Positions 47,561 to 56,851 are shown, counted from the first letter of the stretch. The stretch is 64,000 nt of DNA from a virus (IMGVR_UViG_3300042562_000678:607-64606), one strand, 5' to 3'. The notes: a model not told the origin generated them from the letters alone. Numbers and translations are program-made.

Positions 47561-47571
47561 GGCCCCTTTTT
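47542..47571 (-). terminator. intrinsic terminator after the major capsid gene (bidirectional type)
   Basis: Minus strand AAAAAGGGGC-CTTGT-GCCCCTTTTTCTTTT. Confidence 0.85.
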
Positions 47572-47581
47572 CATAGACACA

Positions 47582-48511
47582 TTAAGCGCCTGCGGAACCC
47601 CACATGCCGAGGGGATCAGACCAGCCGAAGCTGTAACGCTCACGAGCCTTGTAACGGACGTTGCCGGTATCAAAGTCGCCGTCCATCGAGTTAGCCAGGG
47701 GCATACGCTCGAAATGCTTCATGCCGTTGGGAACGTCGGTAATCAAATACCAGCCATTCGAATCGGTCAAGAAGTGGTTGACGCAGTAGCCTTCAGGAAT
47801 CGCACCCATCTGCTTGATAGCGTTGATGTCGTTATCAGCAGTAGAGACGCGCAGTTCAGTGTCAAGCAAACGCTTGGCAACGAACATCAGCGCTGGGGGG
47901 ATGACCATCTTGCGGGGCTTGGCAGCGATCAACAGACCACGCTCATCGGTCCATGCAGCGATTTGAATCACGGCATTTTCCAAGGAGGTCTCGTTCAAGT
48001 CCACGCCAGTGGTGGGGCTGTTGAAGTTAACAGCGCCATTAACCAAGGGGTGGCCAACACGAGTGCTGGAGCTGTTGTTACCGAACAAGGTCACGCCGTC
48101 ACCACCCAAGTACGAACCGTTGAAACCGTTGTTGATAACGGAGGCGGCTTTAACTTGCTTGGTGTAGGACATCGCACGGGCCAGGGCTTTGGTGTAACGA
48201 GCAGACAAGGAGTCATACAAGTTATCTTCCACAGCTTCCTCGGTGATCGAGAAGCCCAGGGCGATGGTTTCGTGGTTGTAACGGGCGGTGAACGCTTCTT
48301 GTGCGTTGTCATACGCGATGGCGGAGCCCTCGTTCTTGACAGGAGCAGCACCGAAACCAGCAAGCTTGGTCTCTTCTTCGAAGCTACGCTCTGATTTCTC
48401 AGTTTCGTAGATTTCTTTGTGCTCTTCGCCGTAACGAGCGTATTCCAAACCGAACAAAGCGTTCAGACCAGGGAGCAACTCTTTAAGTAGTTGTGCGCGT
48501 GAAATTGCCAT
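47582..48511 (-). CDS. major capsid protein
   Basis: MAISRAQLLKELLPGLNALFG...GDFDTGNVRYKARERYSFGWSD; followed by a strong terminator; highly biased codon use. Confidence 0.88.
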   Translation of the reverse strand: MAISRAQLLKELLPGLNALFGLEYARYGEEHKEIYETEKSERSFEEETKLAGFGAAPVKNEGSAIAYDNAQEAFTARYNHETIALGFSITEEAVEDNLYDSLSARYTKALARAMSYTKQVKAASVINNGFNGSYLGGDGVTLFGNNSSSTRVGHPLVNGAVNFNSPTTGVDLNETSLENAVIQIAAWTDERGLLIAAKPRKMVIPPALMFVAKRLLDTELRVSTADNDINAIKQMGAIPEGYCVNHFLTDSNGWYLITDVPNGMKHFERMPLANSMDGDFDTGNVRYKARERYSFGWSDPLGMWGSAGA

Positions 48512-48524
48512 TTTGAGTTACTCC

Positions 48525-49151
48525 TTACAGACCAACTGCGTTGGTGAATGTGTGATAGCCGGGGTTGATCTTGACCAGGATGTCGGTGTAAGCGTCGCCC
48601 ACAACCGAGAAACCTTGCATGTTCACAAACCCAACAACACGGAATGCTGCGGTGGTGGTCACAGCCGAGGCACCTGCCACGACAGAAGCCGTAGAGTTAC
48701 CAGTGGATGTGCTGCCAGTTGCCACAGCGCCAGTTGAGAAAAACACGTTTGCGCCCACGGCAGCTTGCGTCACAGTGCCAGCGGACTGGACTTGGAACAC
48801 AACACCGGGATCATCCACAACGTAAGCGTTGACCACACCAGTCGTACCCGTGGGGTAGTACTGAGCATAGATCACTTGGCCTTGTGCGTTGACGTAAGAA
48901 CAGCCAACAAACACGCCCACGATGCCGGTGTTAGTGGTACCGACAGGAAAGCCGTTGGTGGTCGCATCAGCGCCAGTTGCGGTGGCCACAGCCAGATAGC
49001 CAGACGAATTCACGTACACGGGCGAACCGTTGTAAATGTTCGCGGCAGTGCCTGCGGGGTCGATGAGATACGAACGGGTTGCACCTGCATATGGTGTGCC
49101 GCCCAGTTCATTCACGGGTTTTAGCCCGTATGGGGATGCTACTGATGCCAT
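48525..49151 (-). CDS. capsid-associated protein
   Basis: PYGLKP...GVFVGCSY...VVDDP; located directly before the major capsid gene. Confidence 0.7.
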   Translation of the reverse strand: MASVASPYGLKPVNELGGTPYAGATRSYLIDPAGTAANIYNGSPVYVNSSGYLAVATATGADATTNGFPVGTTNTGIVGVFVGCSYVNAQGQVIYAQYYPTGTTGVVNAYVVDDPGVVFQVQSAGTVTQAAVGANVFFSTGAVATGSTSTGNSTASVVAGASAVTTTAAFRVVGFVNMQGFSVVGDAYTDILVKINPGYHTFTNAVGL

Positions 49152-49166
49152 TTAAGGACTCCTTGT

Positions 49167-49619
49167 TTACTTAGAACCTGAACCAAACCCTCTGCCGCCG
49201 CTGACTGTGGACTTGCGGTCCGCAAACAAAGGCATACGAGGATCATTGTTTCGCATGAAGTGGTTGTCCACCGATTCCATCTGGTTTTGTGCTTGTCGGT
49301 CGTAGTACTCGTCCCGAGCGCGTGCTCGTTCCGCCACCATCTTGCAAAGCATGAGCCCGCCAATCTCGACGTTCCCCGTCTTTGCGTTACCTTCAATCAT
49401 CAATTCTGGATGATCTTCTGCCTTGACAGGCTCCCAGCCGTCGCGCATCTTTCGAGACACGTTGGTGGGTTCAGCTTGCCCTAATACGTGGGTGGCCACC
49501 CAGCGGTACACATACCCTGGCTCCGGGGTCGGATCAGGCAGTGCCGAGGAAGGCGTATACACATAACGGGTTTGCTTGTCGCGTGACACAAGGTCACGGG
49601 GGGTACGGTTTTCAGCCAT
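49167..49619 (-). CDS. conserved head-module protein
   Basis: LP.P.PEPG..YRWV...RDGWEPV...IGGLMLCK. Confidence 0.7.
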   Translation of the reverse strand: MAENRTPRDLVSRDKQTRYVYTPSSALPDPTPEPGYVYRWVATHVLGQAEPTNVSRKMRDGWEPVKAEDHPELMIEGNAKTGNVEIGGLMLCKMVAERARARDEYYDRQAQNQMESVDNHFMRNNDPRMPLFADRKSTVSGGRGFGSGSK

Positions 49620-50571
49620 TTTGACTCTCCAATTTTGCTACTTGAGCAGCGTACTGCTGCGGGGTTAATCCAAATTTCTTTGCCAGTGCGACCTGGGTCT
49701 GAGTGAGTTGGACTTTCTTGGCTCCCGACGAACGGGTCGCGGGGGCTGCAACGGCAGCAGGTCGTCTTGGGGAATCACCCGACCTTGGCTTGTCTTCTGT
49801 ACCACCGAAAACTTCGGGGAACTTCGACTTCACGCGATCATTTATTTGATCGAAATACTCATCAGTGCGGGGATCGACCCCGTTGTTGACTAGTTTTTGA
49901 TGCAGCCCTAGTGCGTAGCTGGTGACTTCTTCGAACCCGTTTGCGCCAAACCACTGGTTTTTTGCCTGCCAGCGCAGGGTTTTTTCGTCTGGTTGCGCCT
50001 GTTCGGGTGCGCTTTGACGCGTTTGTACATCATATTCTTCAGTTTGTAAAGGGGGTGGGCGAAAACTTTTCGCTTGCTCCAACTTCCACTTGGCGTCAGT
50101 CATTGCTTCCTGGGCTGCAATGATGGCGTCAGTGTCAAACGCTTCCTGGGCATCCTTGTACTGGCGGCGGGCTTTCTCCAGCTCGGCTTCCGCCGCGTTT
50201 TTGGCCATGTGCCCGTACTGCTCTGTCCCAGTTGAAACATATTGTTTCAACTTCTTGTTCTCATCAATGAGCTGCTGTGCGAGACGCTCGAGTTCTTGCT
50301 TCTCGCGCATGGTGGCTTCTTTGGCCCGGCGCTCGTCGTGGCGTGCGTGGGTCAACTCCTTGATGCGCCCTTTGACTTTATCGGAGTAGTTCTCGATTTC
50401 GTCGTCCGTGGGGTCTTCCACCTCCCGGTCCAGGGGCTTGCGGCCTCTGTCTTGGATGGGGGTATCGTCAACGACTTCGACTTCTACGTCGCCGTCGTCC
50501 CCCACGGATACATTGACCTGGGAGGTCTTTTCGTCATCCAGTTCGTCTGGGAACTTGTATTGTTCAGCCAT
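49612..50571 (-). CDS. putative scaffolding protein
   Basis: Acidic N-terminus, coiled coil, W..KNQWFG, C-terminal LT..Q..LAKKFGLT..QYA. Confidence 0.7.
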   Translation of the reverse strand: MAEQYKFPDELDDEKTSQVNVSVGDDGDVEVEVVDDTPIQDRGRKPLDREVEDPTDDEIENYSDKVKGRIKELTHARHDERRAKEATMREKQELERLAQQLIDENKKLKQYVSTGTEQYGHMAKNAAEAELEKARRQYKDAQEAFDTDAIIAAQEAMTDAKWKLEQAKSFRPPPLQTEEYDVQTRQSAPEQAQPDEKTLRWQAKNQWFGANGFEEVTSYALGLHQKLVNNGVDPRTDEYFDQINDRVKSKFPEVFGGTEDKPRSGDSPRRPAAVAAPATRSSGAKKVQLTQTQVALAKKFGLTPQQYAAQVAKLESQNG

Positions 50572-50581
50572 GTCTACTCCA

Positions 50582-51019
50582 TCAAGCGCGGGTTAACCCG
50601 CGAGGGTCTTGCACAACAGCATCGACTTGATCGTCGTTAATCAAGCGAAACTCTTTACCGAAAATTTTGAAGCGCGTACCCGAGTAGGTACGTACCAGTA
50701 CAAAGTCGCCTGCCTTGCACCACGCGCCTGCGGGGAACTTGGTGGAGTCTTTGTATGCGTCAGGGCCGACCTTGAGCACAAACAGAACAGTTGTGGCGTG
50801 TTCTTCTTGGCGCATGACGGATGATGCTTTCACCAGATCAAGCTCAGTACCGTCAATCTTTTCAGATATGTCTGGCACCGCACACAGCAGCTTCCAGCCT
50901 GTTGGCTCTGGCAGCATGGTTGCTTTCTCATCGTTGTTTGCGTCTTCTGCCGGGGCATCGACGGGCTGGATTGCTTCAGGCGGGGCAAACTGCCCTGGTT
51001 CAAGTGCGAGTTCACTCAT
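50582..51019 (-). CDS. GroES-like co-chaperonin
   Basis: PTGWKLL...VLKVGPDAY...GDFVL..YSGT......EFRLINDD.V.AVV. Confidence 0.8.
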   Translation of the reverse strand: MSELALEPGQFAPPEAIQPVDAPAEDANNDEKATMLPEPTGWKLLCAVPDISEKIDGTELDLVKASSVMRQEEHATTVLFVLKVGPDAYKDSTKFPAGAWCKAGDFVLVRTYSGTRFKIFGKEFRLINDDQVDAVVQDPRGLTRA

Positions 51020-51206
51020 CGGATTTTTCAACTTTCTCTGCAAGGTCAATGATGTAACGCTCTGCGATGGCCAGACCCTGGATGACCCCGCAAAGTTTTT
51101 GGTACTCTTCAAAAGTGCGGCACGAACCCCCCGCGCAGTCATCTGCGTAGTTGTTCATGTCGGTGCGTATTTGTTCGCGCAATACGCGTGCGAAATCTTG
51201 AATCAT
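51012..51206 (-). CDS. small conserved protein after the portal gene
   Basis: FEEYQKLCGVIQGL motif; coupled to the portal gene. Confidence 0.65.
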   Translation of the reverse strand: MIQDFARVLREQIRTDMNNYADDCAGGSCRTFEEYQKLCGVIQGLAIAERYIIDLAEKVEKSDE

Positions 51207-53716
51207 GCTTTAGGGTTTTCCTTTCGTGGTCGGTTTTCTCTGCGCTTAGCCAACTGTTCGTCAACCCGCAGCAGGGCATCCCCCATCCTTTGCTGGTTGT
51301 TGAACTGTTGTTCTTTTTGGGACATCTGGAACTTGCCCGCGTTTTCTGCCGCTTGGAGTGCCTGATCTTCTTTGTCCATTCTGTACTTGCCGACCTTGGC
51401 CATGGCGTCCATTTGCAGTTTCTTTTCCTCGATGGCCAGCTTGCCGGTAACTTCCTTGTCCTTGATCTGCGTTTCTTGCTGCTTGATCTGCACTTCTTGC
51501 TGGCGAATTTGCAAATCTTGCTGCTGCATCTTTAGCACGGGGTCTTGCGCTTGCTGCTGGGCTTGCTGCTGCTGGGCTTGCTGTTGGTTTTGCTGGAGCA
51601 CTTGCTGTGCAGCTTGCGCCATCATCCCTGACAGAGCCACCTCGATCTGCGGGGGCAGCTTCTCGTCTGCCGGGGGCAGGGGCATACCAAGCTGCTGCTC
51701 GATCTTCTGGCGATAACCAAACCCGACGTGCTCAGCGATGTGCGCCTGCATGGCCGCTTGAATCTGCGGTGCCTTGGGGTTTTGGCCAATCAACTGCATG
51801 ACGATGGGGTCTTGCATGGCCATCGTGTGCACCTTGATGTGGGACTCGTGGTCTTGGTAGAAGAACGCCTTGAGCGGCTCCAACTTAAGCGCGGCCATGT
51901 TCTCAGACACGGGGTCTTTGGGCTTTTGGTCGTCAGGCAGGGGCACGAGCTTGTCTGCGTCCTTGATGCCCAACACCTCCAGCATCTGGCGGTGCAACTG
52001 GGGCAAGTCGTAGATGTCCGGGGCCATCTGTGCCATCTGGATGACTGCTTGGTACTGCACAACCCGCTGGCTCATGGTGGCCGCGTTGGGGTCGCTCACC
52101 GGGATGATGTCAACGTGGTTGTAGTCCTCTTGCTTGGCGCGTCGTGTGGACTTGTCTGGGTCATAGTCGTACTCGGGGTCTGTGTAGTCCCGAATCAGCC
52201 CGGCCAGCAGTTGCAACTCTTGCTTGAAGCTGTAGTGCAACCGGGCCTGAACCGCGGACATCACCTTCAACTGACGCTCCAGCAGGGCCAGCGTGGTGCC
52301 CACAGGCGCTTGTGCGCTCATGTCTGACACCTTCATATCCGCTGTGGCGGCAAACCGTCTGCCTTCCTCCACGATGGTGCCCAGCAACTGGTACAAAACG
52401 CCGCTTGGCTCCTTGTACGGCAGGGGCAGGATGTTGTCGCGCAGCGCCCCAGAGCCAATGTCTACGTCCCTGAACTCGCCGGGTTGAATCGGTGTGTCAT
52501 CACCCTTAATGCGAAGTCCACGAGATTTGAGGCCTCCTGGGAGGTTCGACAGCGTTCCTGCATCGACAAGCTGACGCATGATGCTGGTGGCTGACTTGGC
52601 AAACCCGCCGATGAGGTGGAAGAGGCCAAAGCCGTAAGCCCCAAAGCCTGGGATGTATTGGTAGTGGACAAAGTGCTGTCGCTTGAGTCGGAGTTCATCG
52701 TCTTCCTTCCAGTTGCGGCGGATGGCCAACACCTCGTTGGTCCCTTTTATTAGGGTAACTACGTATGGCAGAGCAATGCCAGTTTCTTCTCCGTCACCGT
52801 CTTTGTCTTCGTAGCCGTTCAAGTCCAGGTCAACGTGGCACTCAAAGATGATGTAGCGCTCGTCGTTCAGGTCACTGAACCCGGTCTCCTTGTCCTTGGC
52901 TTTCTGGATGTTGGTCTGCTCCCTGGACGCATCAGGCAACTCAACGTCACGATAGAACCCAGCTTTCTGGAGCTTGACAATCTCGTTCTTGGTCTTGCGC
53001 ATCACATGGGTGACGCGGTAGCAGGTGTCCAAGTCCGTGGCCCCGTAGGGCAGGATGATGTCTTCTGCGGGGATGAACATCGACACCTGACGCCCCAGGC
53101 TGGGGTCGTAGTACACCTTCTTGAACGCGCTACCAGTAGCGGGCAGGCTCCACAGCATGCGCTCATGCTCAGGCCGGAACTCACGCATCACTTCTGTCAG
53201 CTCGTAGTTCATGTCGAACTCGACACGCATAGCGGCTTCTTGTTTCTGCGGGGTCTGCTTGCCCAGAATTTTGGTACGCACCGGGCCTTGGGCCGGGAAG
53301 GTCTCCGTGATCGTCTCAGACTGGAAGCGCACAACCGCCTCGGTAATCATCGGGTGGAACACGCCAGACGCGCCGTTCCAAGGTTCTGTGCGCTCCTCGT
53401 ACTGGAGGCCCAGCAGCTTCAGCCCTTCTGTGTAGGCTTTCTCCCAGTCCTTGCGGGAGTTCTTGTCGTTCTCGATGTCTCCTGCCAAGTCCCCGGCCAG
53501 GGTCTCCAAGGCAGACTGGTCCATCTCCTCGGCCAAGTTGTCATTGAATGTGTCGTCTTCTTCGTCGCCTGGGCGGATGGACACCTCCAAGTCCCCGGCG
53601 TGGATGTTGACTTCCTCGGGGTCGATGATCTCAATCTCGATCGGCTCTTCTTGCTCTCCCAGTTCGTCGATGCCCTGGGGCTGTTGGTAAAGCGCTTTGT
53701 CGATATTGGTTGCCAT
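51203..53716 (-). CDS. portal protein (P22-like, long C-terminal barrel)
   Basis: 837 aa after TerL; GSAFKKVYYD, LVDAGTLSN, Gln-rich coiled-coil C-terminus. Confidence 0.88.
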   Translation of the reverse strand: MATNIDKALYQQPQGIDELGEQEEPIEIEIIDPEEVNIHAGDLEVSIRPGDEEDDTFNDNLAEEMDQSALETLAGDLAGDIENDKNSRKDWEKAYTEGLKLLGLQYEERTEPWNGASGVFHPMITEAVVRFQSETITETFPAQGPVRTKILGKQTPQKQEAAMRVEFDMNYELTEVMREFRPEHERMLWSLPATGSAFKKVYYDPSLGRQVSMFIPAEDIILPYGATDLDTCYRVTHVMRKTKNEIVKLQKAGFYRDVELPDASREQTNIQKAKDKETGFSDLNDERYIIFECHVDLDLNGYEDKDGDGEETGIALPYVVTLIKGTNEVLAIRRNWKEDDELRLKRQHFVHYQYIPGFGAYGFGLFHLIGGFAKSATSIMRQLVDAGTLSNLPGGLKSRGLRIKGDDTPIQPGEFRDVDIGSGALRDNILPLPYKEPSGVLYQLLGTIVEEGRRFAATADMKVSDMSAQAPVGTTLALLERQLKVMSAVQARLHYSFKQELQLLAGLIRDYTDPEYDYDPDKSTRRAKQEDYNHVDIIPVSDPNAATMSQRVVQYQAVIQMAQMAPDIYDLPQLHRQMLEVLGIKDADKLVPLPDDQKPKDPVSENMAALKLEPLKAFFYQDHESHIKVHTMAMQDPIVMQLIGQNPKAPQIQAAMQAHIAEHVGFGYRQKIEQQLGMPLPPADEKLPPQIEVALSGMMAQAAQQVLQQNQQQAQQQQAQQQAQDPVLKMQQQDLQIRQQEVQIKQQETQIKDKEVTGKLAIEEKKLQMDAMAKVGKYRMDKEDQALQAAENAGKFQMSQKEQQFNNQQRMGDALLRVDEQLAKRRENRPRKENPKA

Positions 53717-53724
53717 GTCTGTCC

Positions 53725-55260
53725 TTAGTAATACGCCGCCTTACGGCGGAAGTAGATGGGGTCGTCTTTCTCGTCGGTGTCCAAACTGATGAACCCGCCT
53801 TGGCGAAACCGCAGCAACGCTTGGGAGGTCGTGTCCACGTAGTCGTCATTCTCGCCGTTGGGGAAGGATGCCACCTCCTCGATGACCTCCCTGGCCCAGC
53901 GTGTGTCTGGTGCCCAGACTGTACCTGAAGTGAACAAATCCGCAACCGCGTTCAGACGCACGATCTTGTCGTTGCCCCTGGAGGGGTTGGTCTCTTGCAC
54001 AGGTATGCCCATCCTGCGCAGCTCTTGTATCAACGGCGCTCCTGCGGCCTTCTTCTCCACGATGAACGCATCTGGCTCCCATTCCTTGTAGTGCTTGAGC
54101 GCAGTGGCCTTCAACTCAGGAAACTGCATCCGGTCTTTGAACGCATCCAGCAGTATGACCTGCGCGGCATCGTGCTCTTCCTCGTTGTAGAACACCCCCC
54201 AGGTTGTGCACGCCGAATAGTCAGCGCTGGTCTTGGCTTCAAACGCAGTGTCCCAGGACTGGATGATGTACTCACAGGAGGGCGGCTCTTCGCCCTCCCA
54301 GATGCGCCAGTTCTTTCTGGAGATGATGGCCGCGTTGTCGCTGGTGGGCTGCTGCATGTACTGCGCGTTCCAATACTGGGGGTCGATCGACGCTTTGGCC
54401 GACTTCAACGCAGCCAGGGGCCACTGCTCTGGCCACAGGGACTTCTCGTCGTCCGTGCCTTCGTTCAGTATGGCGGGCAGCTCCACGATCTCCCAGGGCG
54501 GCGCTTCGGGGTTCTTGGTCTGGTAGTCGATCAGCCGCCCGGTCAGGTCCAATTTGCCCCAGCGGGTCATCACCACAATGATTCCGCCCCCTGGCATCAA
54601 GCGCTGGAGGGGTCCGGTCTGGAACCAACTCCACGCCGTGTCAAACGCTAGACGACTGTTGGCTTTTACGTCTTGTTCCGAGTGAGGGTCATCAATAACG
54701 AACAGATCGGCACCACGGCCAGCCAGAGCACCACCGACACCAGCAGCGTAATACTGACCCCCAGCGCCAGTACCCCATTTTCCAGCAGCTTTTTGGTCAT
54801 CGGCAACAACAGTGTGGGGGAAAAGCTCACGGTAATCCTCGCTTGCGATCAAGTTGCGGACCTTGCGGCCAAAGTCTTCGGACAAAGACGCGGTGTGCGT
54901 CCCCATGATGATCTTCTTATTAGGGTATTTACCTAGAAAGTACGCTGGGAACAGGTAAGAACTGAATTCTGACTTGCCCATACGGGGGGCAATGTTGATG
55001 ATGACCCGGTTTTTGCGCCCCTCGATCACATCGGTGAAGATTTTGGCCAGTTTCCTGTGGTGTGGACCTACTTTAAACCCCGGATAGACCCGCTGGGCGA
55101 ACGGAATCATGTCTTGGCGTGCTGCGGCCACCCCATAGCGCTTCTCGCGCTCCTCCAGCATGTCAAACAGCTCCATCTTCTCCTTGATAGAAAGAGTCGG
55201 GAGCGCCTTTTGAATGGCGGCAACCTCAGTTGGGGAGAGCGTCAGGTCGTTGAGCTTCAT
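53725..55260 (-). CDS. terL: terminase large subunit
   Basis: APRMGKSE Walker A, IDDPH, MTRW, SWDTA, EKKAAG, DDYVD. Confidence 0.95.
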   Translation of the reverse strand: MKLNDLTLSPTEVAAIQKALPTLSIKEKMELFDMLEEREKRYGVAAARQDMIPFAQRVYPGFKVGPHHRKLAKIFTDVIEGRKNRVIINIAPRMGKSEFSSYLFPAYFLGKYPNKKIIMGTHTASLSEDFGRKVRNLIASEDYRELFPHTVVADDQKAAGKWGTGAGGQYYAAGVGGALAGRGADLFVIDDPHSEQDVKANSRLAFDTAWSWFQTGPLQRLMPGGGIIVVMTRWGKLDLTGRLIDYQTKNPEAPPWEIVELPAILNEGTDDEKSLWPEQWPLAALKSAKASIDPQYWNAQYMQQPTSDNAAIISRKNWRIWEGEEPPSCEYIIQSWDTAFEAKTSADYSACTTWGVFYNEEEHDAAQVILLDAFKDRMQFPELKATALKHYKEWEPDAFIVEKKAAGAPLIQELRRMGIPVQETNPSRGNDKIVRLNAVADLFTSGTVWAPDTRWAREVIEEVASFPNGENDDYVDTTSQALLRFRQGGFISLDTDEKDDPIYFRRKAAYY

Positions 55261-55846
55261 CAGCCGTATGTGTGTGAGTGCTAACTTCTATGTCTTCGAT
55301 CACAGCAGCGTCTGCGACGCCCATGAACCTGTTGAGCTTGTCCTTGATCTTCTGGTCGATCTCGTCGTCGCTCAGAGACTCCTTCTTGACCTCGATCTTG
55401 TCGGTGAACAGGCCCACTTCCGTGATTTTTCCCAAAAGACCGAGCGCCTTCAGGCGGATGTTGGCGTTGGGGTTCTCTGCTTCTTCCAACAGTTTGGCCA
55501 CGGTGTAGCCCCGAATCTCTTTGGCGCGTTCCACAAACTCCCAGTCGTATGCAGACAACATCCCAACCAGATGCTGCACCGCCGCGGGGGTTTTTATCTG
55601 TGCCAAATGTTTGTGGGTGATCTCTGCTGGAGCCGCAGTAATCATGCCGTTGAAAGACGCCCTGGCTGCGTCAATCTCTGCCTGCGCCACAGCCGCATCG
55701 GTATCCACCGCCCCCAAACCTTTGAGCCAGTCTGTGGTTTTTATTTTGGCGTCCACCAAATCTGCCGGGGACAGTTTGTTTACGGCAACAGTCTTCCCTT
55801 GGTGAGTACTCACCTCGGGGGAGAAATCTATTAAATGATCCAGCAT
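55226..55846 (-). CDS. putative terminase small subunit
   Basis: Directly upstream of TerL; RLKALGLLGK...GLFTDKIEV motif; start at MLDHL chosen by inference. Confidence 0.65.
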   Translation of the reverse strand: MLDHLIDFSPEVSTHQGKTVAVNKLSPADLVDAKIKTTDWLKGLGAVDTDAAVAQAEIDAARASFNGMITAAPAEITHKHLAQIKTPAAVQHLVGMLSAYDWEFVERAKEIRGYTVAKLLEEAENPNANIRLKALGLLGKITEVGLFTDKIEVKKESLSDDEIDQKIKDKLNRFMGVADAAVIEDIEVSTHTHTADEAQRPDALPN

Positions 55847-55860
55847 ACGCGCATAAGCCC

Positions 55861-55889
55861 TTGAACCTGCGATGGGGCTAATGTACACT
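55861..55889 (+). promoter_or_regulatory. sigma70 promoter for the candidate sRNA
   Basis: TTGAAC-17 bp-TACACT. Confidence 0.6.
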
Positions 55890-55895
55890 CAATCC

Positions 55896-56024
55896 CGGTA
55901 AGTGTGCAAGCAGTTGCCGGTTGGCCTTCGGCCAGCAAGCAAAAATGCTCATTTGCTTCTCCTCCGGGGGTTTGTGATTATCCCCCTCTTCAACCCCTGA
56001 CTGGCAACGGTCAGGGGCTTTTTT
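55896..56024 (+). ncRNA. candidate trans-acting small RNA with anti-RBS seed
   Basis: Promoter, 5' hairpin (55909-55949), seed CATTTGCTTCTCCTCC (55950-55965), hairpin (55966-55986), terminator. Confidence 0.6.
55994..56024 (+). terminator. intrinsic terminator
   Basis: CCCCTGACTG-GCAA-CGGTCAGGGG-CTTTTTT. Confidence 0.85.
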
Positions 56025-56124
56025 CATTTGGGGGGTGTTGGCTGGTAGTTCCCCTTTTCCACTTGCGTGTGCCTACACGGCTCCTCATTTAAACCAAGCC
56101 TCTCTATTGGTCACCAACATGCGC

Positions 56125-56153
56125 AGTATACCCCCCTGTCAATCGTTGGACAA
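56125..56153 (-). promoter_or_regulatory. putative late (packaging/structural) promoter with operator
   Basis: Minus strand TTGTCC-17-TATACT, overlapped by TGTCCAACGATTGACA. Confidence 0.55.
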
Positions 56154-56395
56154 GGGTTTTGTAGAATTTTTTAAAAAATTTATGGGGGTAGTGGGTAAGT
56201 ATTACAAAAGATTGGTTTATGGCTGGGGAATAGTGTTCTGGCTGGCTAGTATGGCTTGTTTATATATGGGTTGGTGGGGGTAGGGTGGGGTTCAGGGGGT
56301 GGCTCCAGACCATGTTTTAAACCCCGTCATGTGATACTGAAAGTGTCCGAGGGGGAAACCCTGGAGACATTCCTTAACTTAACTGGAGAAGCAAC

Positions 56396-56851
56396 ATGAA
56401 CCAATCGAAAGTAACTATGGCTGTGTTCAGCCAACGCCTTGCCGCCAAGCAGAAGGGTGAGGATCGTCTGTTGGAGGAAGCCACACGCCCCTTCCACAAG
56501 CACTACCAAAAGCTTAACGCCGAGGGGCAGACAGCCTACCGCACCGAGTGGATGCTCAACGCATTCATCGGGGCGTTGAAGGTGTCGGAGAAGAAAGCCG
56601 GAGAGATTCTCTCCCAGAGCAGGGATGACCGCACCAAAGACCAGCAGGCTGTGTACTACCGAGCAAGCAACTCATTCAAGTACCACATCGTTCGGGCGGA
56701 GTCCACCCAGGCGCCAGAGTCTCCCAGCCACGCTCGTGTGGCTGTGCCCAAGGTCAAGGTTGAGCAGGCGGTCAAGTTGTTTGCGGGGATGACCCGTGAG
56801 CAGATCAACGCCTTGGTTGATCGCGCCTTGTCTCAGATCACCTTCGAGTAA
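56396..56851 (+). CDS. first early gene, hypothetical
   Basis: 151 aa, GGAGAAGCAACATG start. Confidence 0.75.
   Translation: MNQSKVTMAVFSQRLAAKQKGEDRLLEEATRPFHKHYQKLNAEGQTAYRTEWMLNAFIGALKVSEKKAGEILSQSRDDRTKDQQAVYYRASNSFKYHIVRAESTQAPESPSHARVAVPKVKVEQAVKLFAGMTREQINALVDRALSQITFE

Noticed and set aside
55896-56024. tRNA gene
   Set aside because: No cloverleaf, T-loop or CCA end is evident; I saw no tRNA anywhere by eye
56137-56142. Minus-strand TTGACA as a -35 element
   Set aside because: There is no -10 at the right spacing; TTGTCC-17-TATACT fits better and the TTGACA is part of the operator dyad
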